Shown here in pieces: positions 1-13,609 of a stretch of DNA of 64,000 nt. The stretch comes from Camelus ferus. Lineage: Eukaryota. The number at the start of each line of letters is the position of its first letter. The stretch's first letter is position 1. A model generated the notes under the pieces. It made no database searches. It saw only the letters and a list, made by a program, of their open reading frames with translations, and was not told where the DNA came from. Location: assembly GCF_009834535.1 (NCBI RefSeq), contig NC_045696.1, positions 54,810,001-54,874,000 of the forward strand, written 5' to 3'. The position numbers and the translations under genes are program-made.

Positions 1-2640
1 TATCAAGAATTAAAAAGGAACATCATTACAAAAAAGGTTTGTCAATAAAATCCACAACTTAGGTTAAATGGATAGAGTACAAACTACTAGAGCAAATTCA
101 AGAAGAAATAATCTCAGTAGTCCGTAACACTAAAAGAAATTCAAAGGTTCAAAACCCTTGCCACAAAGACAACTCCAGGCTCAGATGTTTTCAATGATGT
201 TATAAAACTTTGAAGGTAGACATAATACCAATCCTAAACAAATGCTTCTGGAAGAAAATAGATTACTTCCCAGTTCATTTAAGAGTCCAGCATCATCCTG
301 ATGCCAAAAACAATAAAGCAAAAGTACAAAAAAAAAACCCCAAAAAACCCTACAGACTGATATTCATCATGATCAAAGATAGAAAAATCCATCTTTAACA
401 AATTAAACTCAGCAATATATAAAAAGGATAATACACTACAATTGGAGTGTATCTTATACATTCTAGTTTGCTTTAATATTAAAAAAAAAACTCAAAAATA
501 CAAATGTGTATGGTCAATATTAAAGAATAAGAAAGAAAAATTATATATTCATCTCTATCAATATACAACTAGTTATGATAAAAAAACTCAGCATATTAGG
601 AATAGAAGTCTCATAAAGAGCATCTACAGAACACCTACAACTAACATAATGCTTAATAGTAAAAACTGAACGTTTTCCCCCTATAATTAGTAAAAACTGA
701 ACGTTTTCCCCCTGTAACTAGTAAACAGGTTCTAGCCAGTGCAAAAAGACAAGAAGTAGAAATAGACAGAATTTGGAAAGACACAAGTCCTCTCAGACAA
801 TTGTAGATAATTCTTCCCCAAAGTCTCCAAAAACTTAAGGGAGTTAATATACCAAATTTTCATGTGCAAGGTCAGTATACCAAAGTTAATTAAATTTCTA
901 TCTACTAGTAACAATTGTAAATTATTTTCAAAATTTGCATCATTTATAATAGCATCAAAAATATGAAATATTTGGTGATAAAAATAACAAGATATGTGTA
1001 AGATCTATGTGCTTAAAGCTACAATTGTTGAAATAAATTAAAGAAGACCTTAGTATGTAGAGAGATATATCATGTTCATGAATGCTATACTATTACATTG
1101 GTAATTCTCCCCCAAACTTATAGATTCAAAACAATCTCAAACAAAATTTCAGTAGGTCATTTAAAGAAACTGACTAGCTGACTTTAAAATTAATATGGAA
1201 CTGTAGAGCCCCCAGAGTAGTTAAAATAATTTGAAAAGGAAAAAATCAGAGAATACATATACCTGATTTCAAGATTAGTATAAGTTAGTATAAAGCACAG
1301 CAATCAAGGCAGTGTGATCTTTGCATAAATATAGACATATGGGTTAATGGCACAGAAAAAAAAGTCCAGAAATAGACATGTATGGTCAACTGATTGTCAA
1401 CAAAGATGTTATGGAATTTCATTGTGAAAATTTTAGTCTTTTCAACAAATTCTACTGGAATAATTGGATATCTATATGCAAAATAATTAAATAAATAACT
1501 AAACCTATCCCTAACCTCACACCATACACAGAATGTAAGCACCTAAATGCCAGAGCTAAAAACTATAAAACTTATAAAAGAAAATATAGCAGAAAATTTT
1601 TGTGACCTTGGGATAGGCAAATATATCCTAGATAGGACAGAAAAAGAATAAAACATAAAATAAAAATCAATACATTGAACTGAATTAAGTTTAATAAATT
1701 TTACTTTTCAAAAGACATTGTTAAGAAAATAAAAAGGCACACAACATTCTGGGAGAAATATATGCAAAACTGGTATCTGATTAAAGATTTATGTCCGGCA
1801 TATATAAAGTATTTTACAAGTCTATAATTATAGAAAGACAAAATCAAATAAAGAGTTTGCAAAATATTTGAATACATACTTCACCAGATATGATATATGA
1901 GTGGGAATATTTATCATCATTCCTCATTGGGTATATGCAGATAACAGCCCTAATGAAATACTACTGCATAGCTACCATAGTAGCTCGAATTAAAAGAACT
2001 GATAATTCCAAATATCTGTAAGACATTGAACTTGATCTCTCATACATTGCTGGTGGGAATCCAAAATACTATATCCATTTTGGATACCATTTGGTAATTT
2101 CTTATAAACATTTACTTCTCTATGACCTAACAATCCCACTTCTAGATACTGATTCAAGAGAAATGAAAAAGCATATCCACAGCACAACTTATATGCGAAT
2201 GTTCTCAGGAGTTCTATCTATCATAGCTCCAAGCTGGAAACAGCACAAAGGTCCACCATCTGGTGAAGGGATAAACATGTGGTGTATCCATACAAGAGAA
2301 TATTATTCAGCAATAAAAAGAAACTAACTGGTACAGGAAACAGAACGGATAAACCCGAAAAGAAAATACTATATGTGGCATGATATCCTTTATATGAAAT
2401 TCTAGAAAAGGGCAAACTGTAATGTTAGGAACATATCAGCCTTGTTATCTAGGAGCCAGGAATAGGAAGAGGTGACTGACTGCAAAGACTAGTAAAGGAA
2501 CTTTTTTGTCATGATGGAAATGTTCTATTTTGTGATTGTGATGGTGCTTCTATGACTATACACATTTGATAAACTCATAAAATTATACACTTGAAATCAG
2601 TAAATTTTATTGTATGGAAACTATACCTCAATAAAGCTGT
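1..2640 (+). mobile_element. Old LINE-1 (L1M-type): decayed ORF2 plus 3' UTR, running off the window start
   Basis: ORF2-like sequence with many stops and frameshifts (e.g. YDLTIPLLD...SIIAPSWKQ in ORF 2091..2327). It ends in the typical old-L1 tail ttattgtatggaaactatacctcaataaa. Confidence 0.9.
657..718. repeat. 31-bp tandem duplication
   Basis: tagtaaaaactgaacgttttccccctataat followed by tagtaaaaactgaacgttttccccctgtaac (29/31 identical). Confidence 0.95.
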
Positions 2641-2904
2641 TCAGAAATAATTTAAATATTTTAAGCATTGTTCTCTAAATATATTCTTTGAAACACCACC
2701 AATCAATAGCACAGTAGGCACTGTTTGTAAGCCAGTTGCAGATCCTTTTTTCTAATTTCCTGGGCTAGAAATAAGCTTAGATGTTGAATTTAGTCAATTT
2801 TCTCTTACATTGTAGTGTATAGGGCTAAATTGTAGCCCCTTTCTCAAAGGAAGTGACCGAGACTGAATGGAACCATTTCTTTCTTTCTTCCTCTGTTTTT
2901 GTTT

Positions 2905-3055
2905 TTGTTTCACAGCTTTTTTGAAGTAAAATTGATATTTTTCAAAAACTTCAAGTATTTCCTGTATACAATTGGATGAGTTTGGACACATGCATATACT
3001 TATGACAACATCAGAACCATCAAAATAAACATCCATCACCTCCCAAAGCTTTCTT
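2905..3055 (-). mobile_element. L1 3'-end fragment (L1MA/MB-like)
   Basis: cagcttttttgaagtaaaattgata...tatacaattggatgagtttggacac...catccatcacctcccaaag resembles the antisense of an L1M 3' end. Confidence 0.75.
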
Positions 3056-5289
3056 GGGTTTTTTTTTTTTTTCTTCCTTTCCTGAACCATTTCTTAAGAT
3101 TACCCAGAGGGCTACTGAGAGGTGCTGCTCCCTCTGCAGTCACTTAACAATCTCGTTGGTCTAGAGATGCCCATCTACCCTTTGTACCCCTTTTTGGTAT
3201 GCAAGTACACTTCTCTTTCTATTCCTGCTTTAAAAAAAAAAGCACCTCCATCTGGAGGTTCATCAGAGACACTCTTCTGTCTCTTGCTGATTCCAAGTCT
3301 CCAATTTACAATGACAAAAACGCTGAAGAGAATTCTAGCAGAATAAAGTTCTGGATAGGGAAAACTCTCTGAGTCATTCTTCACTGCATGCTGCTCTGCC
3401 TTTCCTGCCTTTCTCCACCAAATTACTGCACTCCATTCAGTGCTTTCCCAATGGGTCCTGTGTCAGCATCTTTCTGCAGCTGCAAGAGCAGCTGCGGCTT
3501 CTACCTCCCTCTCCTCCCCAGAGGCTGTCTTCCTGTCCAGCCCAGAAAATCTACCCAGCAGGTCTACAAAAAAAGGAAAAATAAAGAGCCAATAGCATTA
3601 TATATGAAAATTTTGTAAAGTCTCTGTCCTTGCCTCATTGCAATGACGTTCTAGAAATTGTAAGAATGACTTCAGATATCTTTAAAGAGGAATGCTTCCT
3701 GTGGGGAAGCTTCTCAATAGACATAATACTTCCAACAATTGATGCTTGTAAAACACATTCATTTACATTGAATCATTGCATCTTCCAAACACACCATGGA
3801 GCAGAGTCACTACTGCCTTATACGGTCAAGTTTTGGGCTCAAATACCAATGAAGAAACACACTAACTGGAGACTAGTAAGTTCCTTAACTCCTTTCTTTC
3901 CCTTGTTATTTAAAAAATGGTAATAAGGGAACTTTGTGAAAATTAAAATAAGTTAATGATTAGTTTTTGTAAAGTGTCTAAAATTTTGAGCATCTGTAGA
4001 GCTTGACTTCATACATAATTTCCTTCAAGAAAAGTTCAGTTCATTGCATCTATAGATGTATCAAATTTTTAAATTGTCAAGTTGACACATACAAGTGAAA
4101 GATTTTAATCGTGAAGAGAAAAAATAAAATTAGTCAATTGTCCATCATTTTGTGCTAAGGGTATGTGAAAATAGACATTCTCTCCTCCCACTGGTATTTA
4201 ATTTTCATTTTCTCCTATCTTGATCACCATAGCACAGGCATGAATTTATGTAAATTATTACTATAAATCGTCTTCTCATGGTGATTTTCATATTTCAAGG
4301 ATTAATTAGCTGTACTATAGGGAAACTTTAATGTTTAATTAATAGGAGAAATTTAAGTGGTCTTAATTGGGCAGAAAAAAATTTCTCTTCTTCTAAAAGT
4401 TTATCCAGAGTACAGAGGTTTAAAAGAAGATGGAAATGCTATATAATACCTTTGGCTGTCAAAAACTACTCGATTTTGTTGTTGTTGCTGTTTTGGTAAA
4501 TGTCTGCAAAGCACAAGCCTACTATTCTAAATAGATGATGAATAGGTAAATACCAACATTTCCTGACATTTACATAAGTACACTCAGAGTTCCTCCCTTG
4601 AGGCTTAAATAGGTCACCAGCATCTAAATCTCATTTATCACCAACCTCCAACCCTAAGTTTCTCTTAATAACCTCCTGAACTTTTTAATCCTTTTTAACT
4701 GTCCTTATCTGGCGTAGCAGCAATGAAAGCAATTCTCTTGTTCATTATCTTGCCCTACTATAGACAGAAAGTTCTGGGTGCCTGGAATCACCAGCAGTAA
4801 TCACAATTAGTATTTCAGGAGTGTGATTTGGTATAAGTCAGGGAACAACTTAGAAATAAGCTGGAGGTGATAAGGTATTGAGGTAAGATTCCACGGTACA
4901 CATCTGATATAATAGTTTCTTAAACGTAAAAAGATGCACTTTGCCTCTCACAGATCAAATAAAAAGTCATTAACCACTCTTTCTTCTACATTACCCCCAG
5001 ATCAGTTTGTGAAGTTTAAGAAAACACCTCTGTTTTGGTTGATTTGGCTGTTTTAAGGCAGGTGAAAAATAATTAAGTCCCATAAAGACATTAAATTTAG
5101 AATAATTATTTTAAGCCCCTCTTGACTTAATGAGAACAGAATACCTTGAGCTACTGTGTTTTAAGAGGCACATCCAGAAGCACTTAGAACCATTCATAGA
5201 CCACAGAATACTCTGAGTATTCAAAATACTAATGTTTTTAACATTACATACAATTCTGTCTATTCAGGATGACAATGTCTTGCAATTGT

Positions 5290-5480
5290 ACACGTCTTTC
5301 TTTGAGACCATGACAGACAACAGCAGACCAAAAGCTGCTTTCCATGATGAAAGTAATATAAATAGATAGTTAAATAGAGAATACAAACTAAAATAATGTA
5401 ATTTAAAAACAAATTGTGAACTATGAATCAAAAGATTTGGTGGAATGAACACTAGTGGAGAAGTGCTCAAGTTAAGGCTG
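5290..5480 (+). mobile_element. Possible ancient RTE-type LINE (L4-like) fragment
   Basis: atgacagacaacagcagaccaaaagctgct...gatgaa resembles the RTE C-terminal M.D.R.PKQLLYGE motif, but is very degraded. Confidence 0.25.
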
Positions 5481-5889
5481 GAAGTGAGGAAAAAGAGTCA
5501 CTCAAAGAAAGGAGAGAAGGATCAAGAGAGAGCCTCCAGAAGAAAAACTCTAGAAGAAACTCCACACAAATACACACAAACATTTCAAAAGTACTGAGTG
5601 CATGGGTCACACTTACATGATTTCAATGTCACACATATCCTAAAAACACAGTCCTGTATATTTGTTGATGCATTTTATTATACTGAACAGAGAGCTTATT
5701 AAAATTTACTTATGCGCCTGAACATTAAAAATGCTGTTTTAGACTTTTCAGTTATTATGCTATTACGTTTCATTATGTAATCAAAGCAAGTGATGCCGAT
5801 TCTTTCCATTTTTAAATTTGTTTTACGGTTACCTATAATTCTTTTTTCTAGACCTTCAAATGCTGTCTAAAGTAGTCAGAAAATGCTAT

Positions 5890-6500
5890 TTCTGCTGCAT
5901 ATTTGCACCATCAGGAAGCACATTCTCTGAATTCCCTTCCCTGCATGGTTCTGGGTTAGGATGACTGCAAGGAAGTTTGCATGAGATACAGAAGCCAGTG
6001 AAGTAAAAGTTGGATAGTGTTCAGTCACCACCAGAGCTGGTGCCCATCGTTGCTAATATACAAGTTCCCCTTGATGTTGTGGGGTAGCAGCTGGGCCTTC
6101 AGCTCCTCTAGTTCCCAACATATCCCTTCCTCAGCCTCTCCAAGGGCTGGGCCAGTTGCATGGATAGTTCCTCAGAGGGAGCTGCATACCTTCTGCAGGC
6201 CTCCCACCTTGTCAAGATTAGAGGTGATGACACACAAGTGTGGGTTCCAGTTTGTCCACATGGGTTGCAATTTATCTTTAGAAATTCTAATCTATCCTCA
6301 TTTTTCCCTAATTCATGTTCAGCTTTTTTTTTCTCAACTGGACCTACTGCAATAGAGGTGACAGGCCCACCACCAGGTGCATAGGTCTTCCAAAAACAGT
6401 CTTCCATAAACATTTTCTCAAATAACCACAGCCTCGTCCATTCCTGTCCTGTTTCATATCTCTCATAGTAGTGATATGCTTCTCTGACTCAACACTCCAT
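5890..6500 (+). mobile_element. Probable old ERVL-type solo LTR
   Basis: GC-richer block with ttctctgaattcccttccctgcatggttctgggttagg near the start and a gcttctctgactcaacac LTR-like end. Family uncertain. Confidence 0.35.
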
Positions 6501-6734
6501 GTTGGAGTGAAAGATACTTTACTCCCCTCCACACTTAGGAGCTTCCCAGAGAATAACTGAATTCCATATACGTGTATCTATGGATCCAAATTTTAAAAGG
6601 TGAATGTCAACAGAAATAATAATAAATGTAAATAAACAGCAATAGTGAGTTTTTGTTGTGAGATAAGTGAGAAGTTTCATGTTTTAGTTAAAAAAAATTA
6701 CATGAGAAACACATAGGGTTTCCTAAAACAATGG

Positions 6735-6860
6735 AGTGTTAGAGTTGCTAAGGACCCTAGAAATCATTTAATCCGAACTTCCATTTTACAGTTGAAGAAA
6801 CAGAGGACCAGATACTTGCCTAAGTTCACAAAATAAAGTAGCAGCAAAATTTGGACAAAG
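6735..6860 (-). mobile_element. MIR SINE fragment
   Basis: Core ccattttacagttgaagaaacagagg...cttgcctaagttcaca. Confidence 0.7.
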
Positions 6861-6959
6861 TACAATCCAGTCTAATTTCCTTTCTCTTCATACCTTAATT
6901 TTTGACTTAATATCTGTTTATGTGAAAAACCATAGGGGTTTTCAATTGTCTGAAAATTT

Positions 6960-7520
6960 ATTGTGATTCAAAAGGGTAATAAGTCTGTCAAAAATGCTAA
7001 TGTGATAGGAGACTTTATTAATAAAGTATGGTATCTAGCATAAGGAAGATTATAATCCCACAGTAGTCTGCCCTGGTCAGATCACATTTATGGACCTAAA
7101 AAAGCCTAGGTAAATTATACGGAAAGTGATAAGAATTCCATGGGTTTTAATGCTATGACATATAAAGAGAATTAGGGCTATTTTAACTGGAGGAAGGAAG
7201 ACTTGAGCTGATATACTATCACCAAATAATCGAGGGACTTCCATACAGAAAAATTAAATTTATTTTATGTGATTTTCCAGGGCATTAATAAAATAAACAG
7301 CTGGATATTAGAGAGGCTGATTAATATTTAGAAACACTTTGTTAAAAACAGAGAACTTCAAAGGCAAATAGGTTGGCTTATAATGCAATGAGCTTCCAAT
7401 CAACAGAAGTTTTCCATCAGAGGTTTTGATGACAGTCTATCAGGTAGTTTTAGTAAAGGATTCCTGAAGGGGTGAATATTAGAATTAATGACTTCCAAGG
7501 CTCCCTTACACCTCTGTGGC
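6960..7520 (+). mobile_element. L3/CR1 LINE 3' fragment
   Basis: aatgctaatgtgatagg...ataatcccacagtagtctgccctggtcagatcacat resembles the CR1 ORF2 motif IIPLYSALVRPHL. It ends with CR1-like atgacttccaaggctccctt. Confidence 0.75.
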
Positions 7521-7759
7521 TGAGAACCTGTTGTGTGAATGACAACATTATTGAAATAAAGTAATAACTTCAATTATTTGAAAGTTACATTTATGCTATA
7601 AACTACGTGAAAGTTCCAATTTATCTTTAGCATTTACTCCTAAAGTACCAAACAACTCTCTCACAAGTTTCTTTTTCTAGAATGGGCTAGATTTAATCAA
7701 GATAAATTTACTGGAATAAAATTTAGACTATCAGAGTTGAAGGTCAAAAACACAGGTTT

Positions 7760-8200
7760 CAACTCCACAGGGGGTAGGAGCCTCTGGACAACCCTCTACT
7801 CAGGATATTCTGGATTGTGTCCGAGATTCCTCTTCCACAGAAATGCTGGCTGTGAGCCACCAAGATGACATTCAAGTTGCTCCCCAGAGTGTCACAGAGC
7901 TTCTGCCATAGCATCTGAACAAGATGCCCAGCAAAGGAAAGGAGGGTTCTTATCAGTGGCAGCCCAGCACACTGGGCTATTGGCATGGATTGTTTTGCCA
8001 TGGCAGTCACGGACAATAGCAACAGGCCAAGAGACATCTTTTTTAGCCAGAAGCTGACACAGAGGATGCTGCTGAACTCAAATATCTCAAAGAAAGAAAG
8101 TTAAAGAGAAAAAAGGATTTTGTGGAGACGAACAATAATGCCTTTCAAAGAGAAAGCTAAGTAATCTTGTTTGACTTTTTTTTAATTAAAAGTTGTTCTC
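7760..8200. mobile_element. Possible ancient LTR remnant
   Basis: GC-richer block ending in an attaaa-containing tail; general resemblance only. Confidence 0.2.
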
Positions 8201-8431
8201 TGAGAAGCGCCCAGTGAAACTGTCAGATTCATAGGACAAAGCTAGAACAAAAGGCTTCTCTTGTGCACACGAGGAAGGCACACATCAAGTTAGCTCAGGG
8301 TCTTCTCTGGGAAGAATTTACAAAGGAAAGTAAAGGTATCATGAGTGTTTTTCTGAAAAAGAAAAAAAAAGGTGCTCAAAACAGAATCTGATAAACAATT
8401 ATAAGACTTGTCAGAAGGGAACTCTTGCTAT

Positions 8432-8545
8432 GGGGGTAAATCTCAAACGTGGCTGCACATCTCAGTCACCAATGTAGCTCATTAAAAATACAAGTAAACA
8501 GGCTCCACCCTGGACTAACTGTGTCAGAATCTGATACTCTGGCAG
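8432..8545. mobile_element. MER5-like hAT-Charlie MITE fragment
   Basis: tctcaaacgtggctgcacatc...taaaaataca...ggctccaccc...tcagaatct. Confidence 0.55.
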
Positions 8546-8649
8546 CTTTGTAAATCCCTAGTCTTGAGCCTCATAAAATATCCACCACACTTCTGCCTTG
8601 ATACTTGCACAACCATAACTATTTTAGACTTCTACCCTGGAATTTCTTC

Positions 8650-8862
8650 AGTAGTCAGGCATAGTGCGTAAGATTAATAATTAATAGCAGTTGTGTAGCT
8701 AGGTCACCTCATTTAATAATCAAAACAATCCTGGAATATCATACATATGAGAAAACCAAAAAGACAAGCAATTTTCTAGCAAACATAGCTGTTAAATGAT
8801 ACAGTTAGAATTTGAACACAGATATGACTCCTTCACTCATGTTCCTTTCACTACACCACAGA
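8650..8862 (-). mobile_element. MIR SINE (degraded)
   Basis: cctcatttaat...gaatttgaacacag...tgactcc...cctttcactacaccacag. Confidence 0.6.
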
Positions 8863-9127
8863 GAAATAGGTTGAAAGAACCACATGAAATAGCCAGTACT
8901 CAACTTTTTTACCTACAAAAATTATGATTTTATGTCATTTAATATAATAAGCTCAAAGTCATGAAGGAAGACAAAAGTCTCATATAAGGAATTATTGTGA
9001 AGAAATAAAGCTACCTGAACATTATGTTTGAACAAATTCTTCTTTTTCTTTAAGCATATTTGTGTTTTGATTAAACTAGAAATAAAATTTTCTACCAGCT
9101 ATTGTTACTTAAGGATGGATCAATAGT

Positions 9128-9292
9128 CTGCAGCCTGGGTCTGGGTGGAGAAGCTGGGTGCCCAGGGCACAGCATTTAACGAGGCACTCACTCTCAGGTG
9201 TTACCCAGCACTTGAAAGAGCTTGAGAATGGGTGAGTGCCTTCCTACATTTGCATCCTGGGTGCCTCCTTTGCTCACCCTAGTCCTGGCTTC
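9128..9292. mobile_element. Palindromic hAT (Tip100-type) MITE
   Basis: Long imperfect inverted arms, including the perfect pair aggcactcac (9182-9191) / gtgagtgcct (9232-9241). Confidence 0.6.
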
Positions 9293-9351
9293 ACACTTCA
9301 TCTCTATTTCCCCTCCTTTTCTTTTTATTACAACTTTGCTAATTCTATACC

Positions 9352-9382
9352 ATATATATATGTACATATATATATATATATA
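9352..9382. repeat. Interrupted (TA)n microsatellite
   Basis: Read directly from the sequence. Confidence 0.9.
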
Positions 9383-10244
9383 CTATAATTCTATACAAGG
9401 CAGGCAATTACATTCATAAGATATAAGTGCACAGCAGGATCTATTTTTTGTGCCCTCACATTGATCTGGGGAGAAAATGCAAGGATTTTAAATAGAGTAA
9501 AATGGCAAGTATGTAGTTAAAAGAGGGGGAAAAAAGCAATTTATTCAAAAAAGTGACTGAAGGTGTACTGCTGTACTTATTACCCATCAACTTTATTTAG
9601 GGCTGTGTTATCTCCGTGGCCTGATGACTCTTGGGTTACCATCACCATGGCCACCCACTATTAATTAGCTTAATGAGCTGAGAAAATTTTCTGTGTCCAA
9701 AGTTATACATGCACAAAAAAGCAGGATCCAATAAGTACATAAAAGAAAAAATGCAAATGAATGTGTTTTTAGAAAAGGGAGAACAATTGTAGGCTCTTAG
9801 TAGAACAGAATGCACAATGGCACGAGGCTTTGGAGGGCACCTGGGACTCAGGAAGGAGTACTTTCTACATAGTTCTGCGTAGAAGATAATCTTGCCTCTG
9901 TTTGAATACCATTAGAAAAGAGACCTGATCCTCCATGAGACATTCTTCACCAATGCTAGGGAAGTCTTCCTACTATAATGCTGTTTCTTCTTCTAAGCTA
10001 AAACTTTCCTTTTCACAGGTTTTTTCCAAATCTGGTCCAGTTTTATGTGGCAATATAAAATTGTTATGCCTTTGTTTCCAAATTGAGCCCTCAAATATTA
10101 AAAGATTTAGGCTTTTAATAAGTGTATGGTTATATACACCAAACTATCCAGGCTCTTCCAATGGGCTGAACAAAGCCAAGTTCTGTTCCTTTGAATATAT
10201 CCTTTTTTGTTCAGTGTGCTTTTCAAACATATTACTTATGTCAC

Positions 10245-12107
10245 AACGTCCATTCTTACAGCCTTGTTCAACATAGAACTGAAAGTTCTAACCAGGCATG
10301 CAGACTGGAAAGAAAGGAATAAAAACTATCTCTATTTGCCATGTATGATTGTCGGCATAGAAAATCATAGAATTTACAAAAACTCTCAAATAACTCAGTT
10401 CAGTAAGGTCATAAGATACAAGTTCAACACACAAAAATCAATTAAATTTCTGTATACAAACAATGAACATACAGGAACAGACATTAAAAACACAATACCA
10501 ATTATAATTACTCCAAAGAAAATCAAATGCTTGGGGATACACTTAAAATATGCATAGGATGTTCATGCTAAAAATTACAAAATGTTGATAAATCAAAGAA
10601 GATCTAAATAAATGGAGAAATATACCATGTTCATGGATTCAAATACTCAACATGGTAAAAATGTCAGTTCTCTCTAAACTGGGGTATAAGTTTAATGTAA
10701 TTCCTATCAAAATTCTAGCAAGTTATTTTTGTAGATGTAAACAAGATTATTCCAAGGCATAGGTCAAAGAATAACTAAAGCAACCTTAGCAAAGAAGAAT
10801 AAAGGGGAGGTATCACTCTACCCAATTTGAAGCTCAACATATAGCTATAAGCATTAAAGACAGTATGATATTGGCAGAGGAATAGATTCATAGTTTAGTT
10901 GAACACATAATGAACTTAGTAATAGACCCATAGAAATATAATCAAATTATTTTTTAAGGAGAAAGCAATTCAATGAAAGAGGAATAGCCTTTTTGACAAA
11001 AAGTTCTATATCAATGAAATATTCATAGGCAAAAGAAAAAAATGAACCTCTACCTAAATCTCATACCTCATATCTTACACAATTAATTAAAATGAATAAT
11101 AAAATTAAAATATAAAACAAAATTTTTAGAAAAAAATAGGAGAAAAATCTTTGGGATCTAGAGCAAATCAAAGGCTATTATACTTTACACAAAAGTAAGG
11201 GCCATAAAAGGAAATTTGATAAGTTAGATCTCATGAAAATTAAACTTTTGCTCTATGAAAGCCCATATTATGAGGATGAAAAGAGAAGCCACAGACTAGG
11301 AGAAAATATTTTTAAACCACATATGACAAAAGACTAGTATTGAGAACATATAAATAACTCTCAATACAGAATAGTAATAAATAAATATTATGCATTCTAA
11401 TTAAAAAATGGGCAAAAGCCATGAACAGGCATTTCACTGAAGAGGATATACAGATGACAAGTAAGAACATCAAAAGATACTCAACATCATTAGCCATCAC
11501 AGAGACGCAAAGTAAAACCACAATAAGATACCACCACATACCTATCAGGACGGTTAAAATAAAAAGTAGTGGCAACTCCAAATACCGACAAGGATTTGGA
11601 GAAACTATCACTCAGATATGACTGATAAAACTCTTAACGCTTCTGTTCCTGAGGAATGAAAACTATTTTCGCCAAAACCCTCGAAAACTCATAACAGATT
11701 TATTTACAATAGTCAAAAACTAGGACTAGCCCATAGATTCAACAAGCAAATGTTTAAACAATCTGTGGGACATACAGACCAATGAACATAACTCATTAAT
11801 AAAATGAATGAATTATTGAAAGCAACAAGTTGGATGGATCTCTATGAAATTATGCTGAATGAAAAAAGCCAGTCTCAAAAAGTTATAGACTATATGATTC
11901 TGTTTTAGAAAATGTTTGAAATGACAATATGTTAGAAATGGAGAACAGATGAACAATTGCCAGGGTTTAGGGGCTGGAGTAGGGAGTGCAAGAGGGAGAC
12001 AGGTGTGGTTATAAGAGGACAACACAAGGGATCCTTGTGGTGTTGGAATTGTTGGATATCTTGTCTGCAGTGCTGCATACACAGATGATGAAAACATATA
12101 GTACCTG

Positions 12108-12160
<53 letters not shown>

Positions 12161-12258
12161 AGTCCAGGTAAAATTGGGAAAATCTGAATAAGATGTGAAT
12201 ATATCTTGGTTGTGACATTATTATAATTTTAAAAATTGTTATCATTGAGGGAAATTGT
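10245..12258 (+). mobile_element. 5'-truncated LINE-1 (L1MC-like): ORF2 3' half and 3' UTR
   Basis: ORF2 remnants FSKVIRYKFNTQKSIKFLYTNNE and MNRHFTEEDIQM. The L1MC-type 3' UTR has gggatccttgtggtg and an internal CA tract. Confidence 0.9.
12111..12158. repeat. (CA)24 microsatellite inside the L1 3' UTR
   Basis: Perfect CA run. Confidence 0.98.
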
Positions 12259-13609
12259 CCCAAGTTTTCTCAAGAGCCTTCCTGTGACTCAGTTTTCTTT
12301 TAGTCCTTAGAACATAAGAGAGTTTCAACTAGGGACTCATTTTCTACACATTTGATAGACTACAAGACTTCTGAAAGACTACAAGAAAGAAAGCAAATGA
12401 TTTGTTGTTTAATACGCTAGCAATTGCATCACAGTCAGGTCCCTGCTACAGCACCAAACAATCACTAGTAACTACCCTATTGTAGTCTGTAGGGATTGAA
12501 ATGGAAAACACAGACAGCCACACCCTCAAACCCATGGGTTTTCCTAGAAATTAATGTAGGAATCTTCAAAAGGTACAATCCATTTTTTCCAGTGTGAAGA
12601 AGCCCTCATTTTGTCATGTGCATAATTCATGTGGTGTGGATATAATTTTTATTGTGAAAATGAGATGCCCTCATGCAAAAGGGCAAGAAGCCATCACTCA
12701 TTTGTAAAATATGTGGAATCTCAAGCACAAGCTATGGCAATGGGCAGAGGAAATGTTTGCTCTCATGAAATAAAAAAACTTAGTAAAAGAGTCCTTGATG
12801 GTGGATGGAGAGAATGAAGAGGTTCTCCTTTAGTCTTTACACCACAGTTTGTAACCAAGCAGCAAAGACAAACAGGGAGGTGTATTAGCAACATCATATC
12901 AAGTCAGCTTTTGGATGCAGGAAAACAAGGCAAGATGTAGATCTTGACAGAAGTAAATGTACCTGTTCCGAACAGGACCAAGCTGTGAACCTTGGGGAAA
13001 AGTTGGCGCATCTCATGGGTTAAGGACCTATGCTTTGTAAAATGTACTGATTTGAGATTTTTGTGCCTTTTGTTTTTCTTTTATCTTTTGTGGCTGTTAG
13101 GAAACTTCTTGACATTTTCAGCTCTTCTTAACTGTACTAAAGGGATTTTTGTCTGCATTTGGGCCTGAGCTTTCAGGGAAGAGAACAGTGTCCTAGGGAA
13201 AAGCCAGGGGCAATGGGGTCCCAGGAAAGTGCCTCAAGAGAAAGATAAGCCTCACAGAGAATAAATACAGGGACCCCAACAGCTCTCCACTTGCTAAGCC
13301 ATGCAGTTTGCATGGTTTGACTTAACAAGGGAACAGTGCTTTCATTCATCAGGCAGTACATTTTTTTTTCACCTCCTGCACGTTTTACCCCCACAAGTCT
13401 GTTGCTATCACTAATAAACATCTGTTCTGTGGCTTCATGTCCAGACTGCTATAGTTTACAACCACCTTGTCCAGTTCCTGCTCTCATTCTTCTGACTGAA
13501 GCACACCATCTAGATTGCTGGTGTCATTGTCTGTGGACGATCCAAAGTCATTTTCCGTCACATGCTTTTCAGGGCACTTTATGTTCAAGGTGATATCGAT
13601 TGACAATGC

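Noticed and set aside
5268..5352. Exon-like segment after ttctgtctattcag with an open frame (DDNVLQLYTSFFETM...)
   Set aside because: Weak donor, no recognisable protein and no partner exons. It more resembles a decayed RTE-type LINE.
11813..12263. Cys/Val-repeat ORFs
   Set aside because: Translation of the (CA)24 microsatellite.
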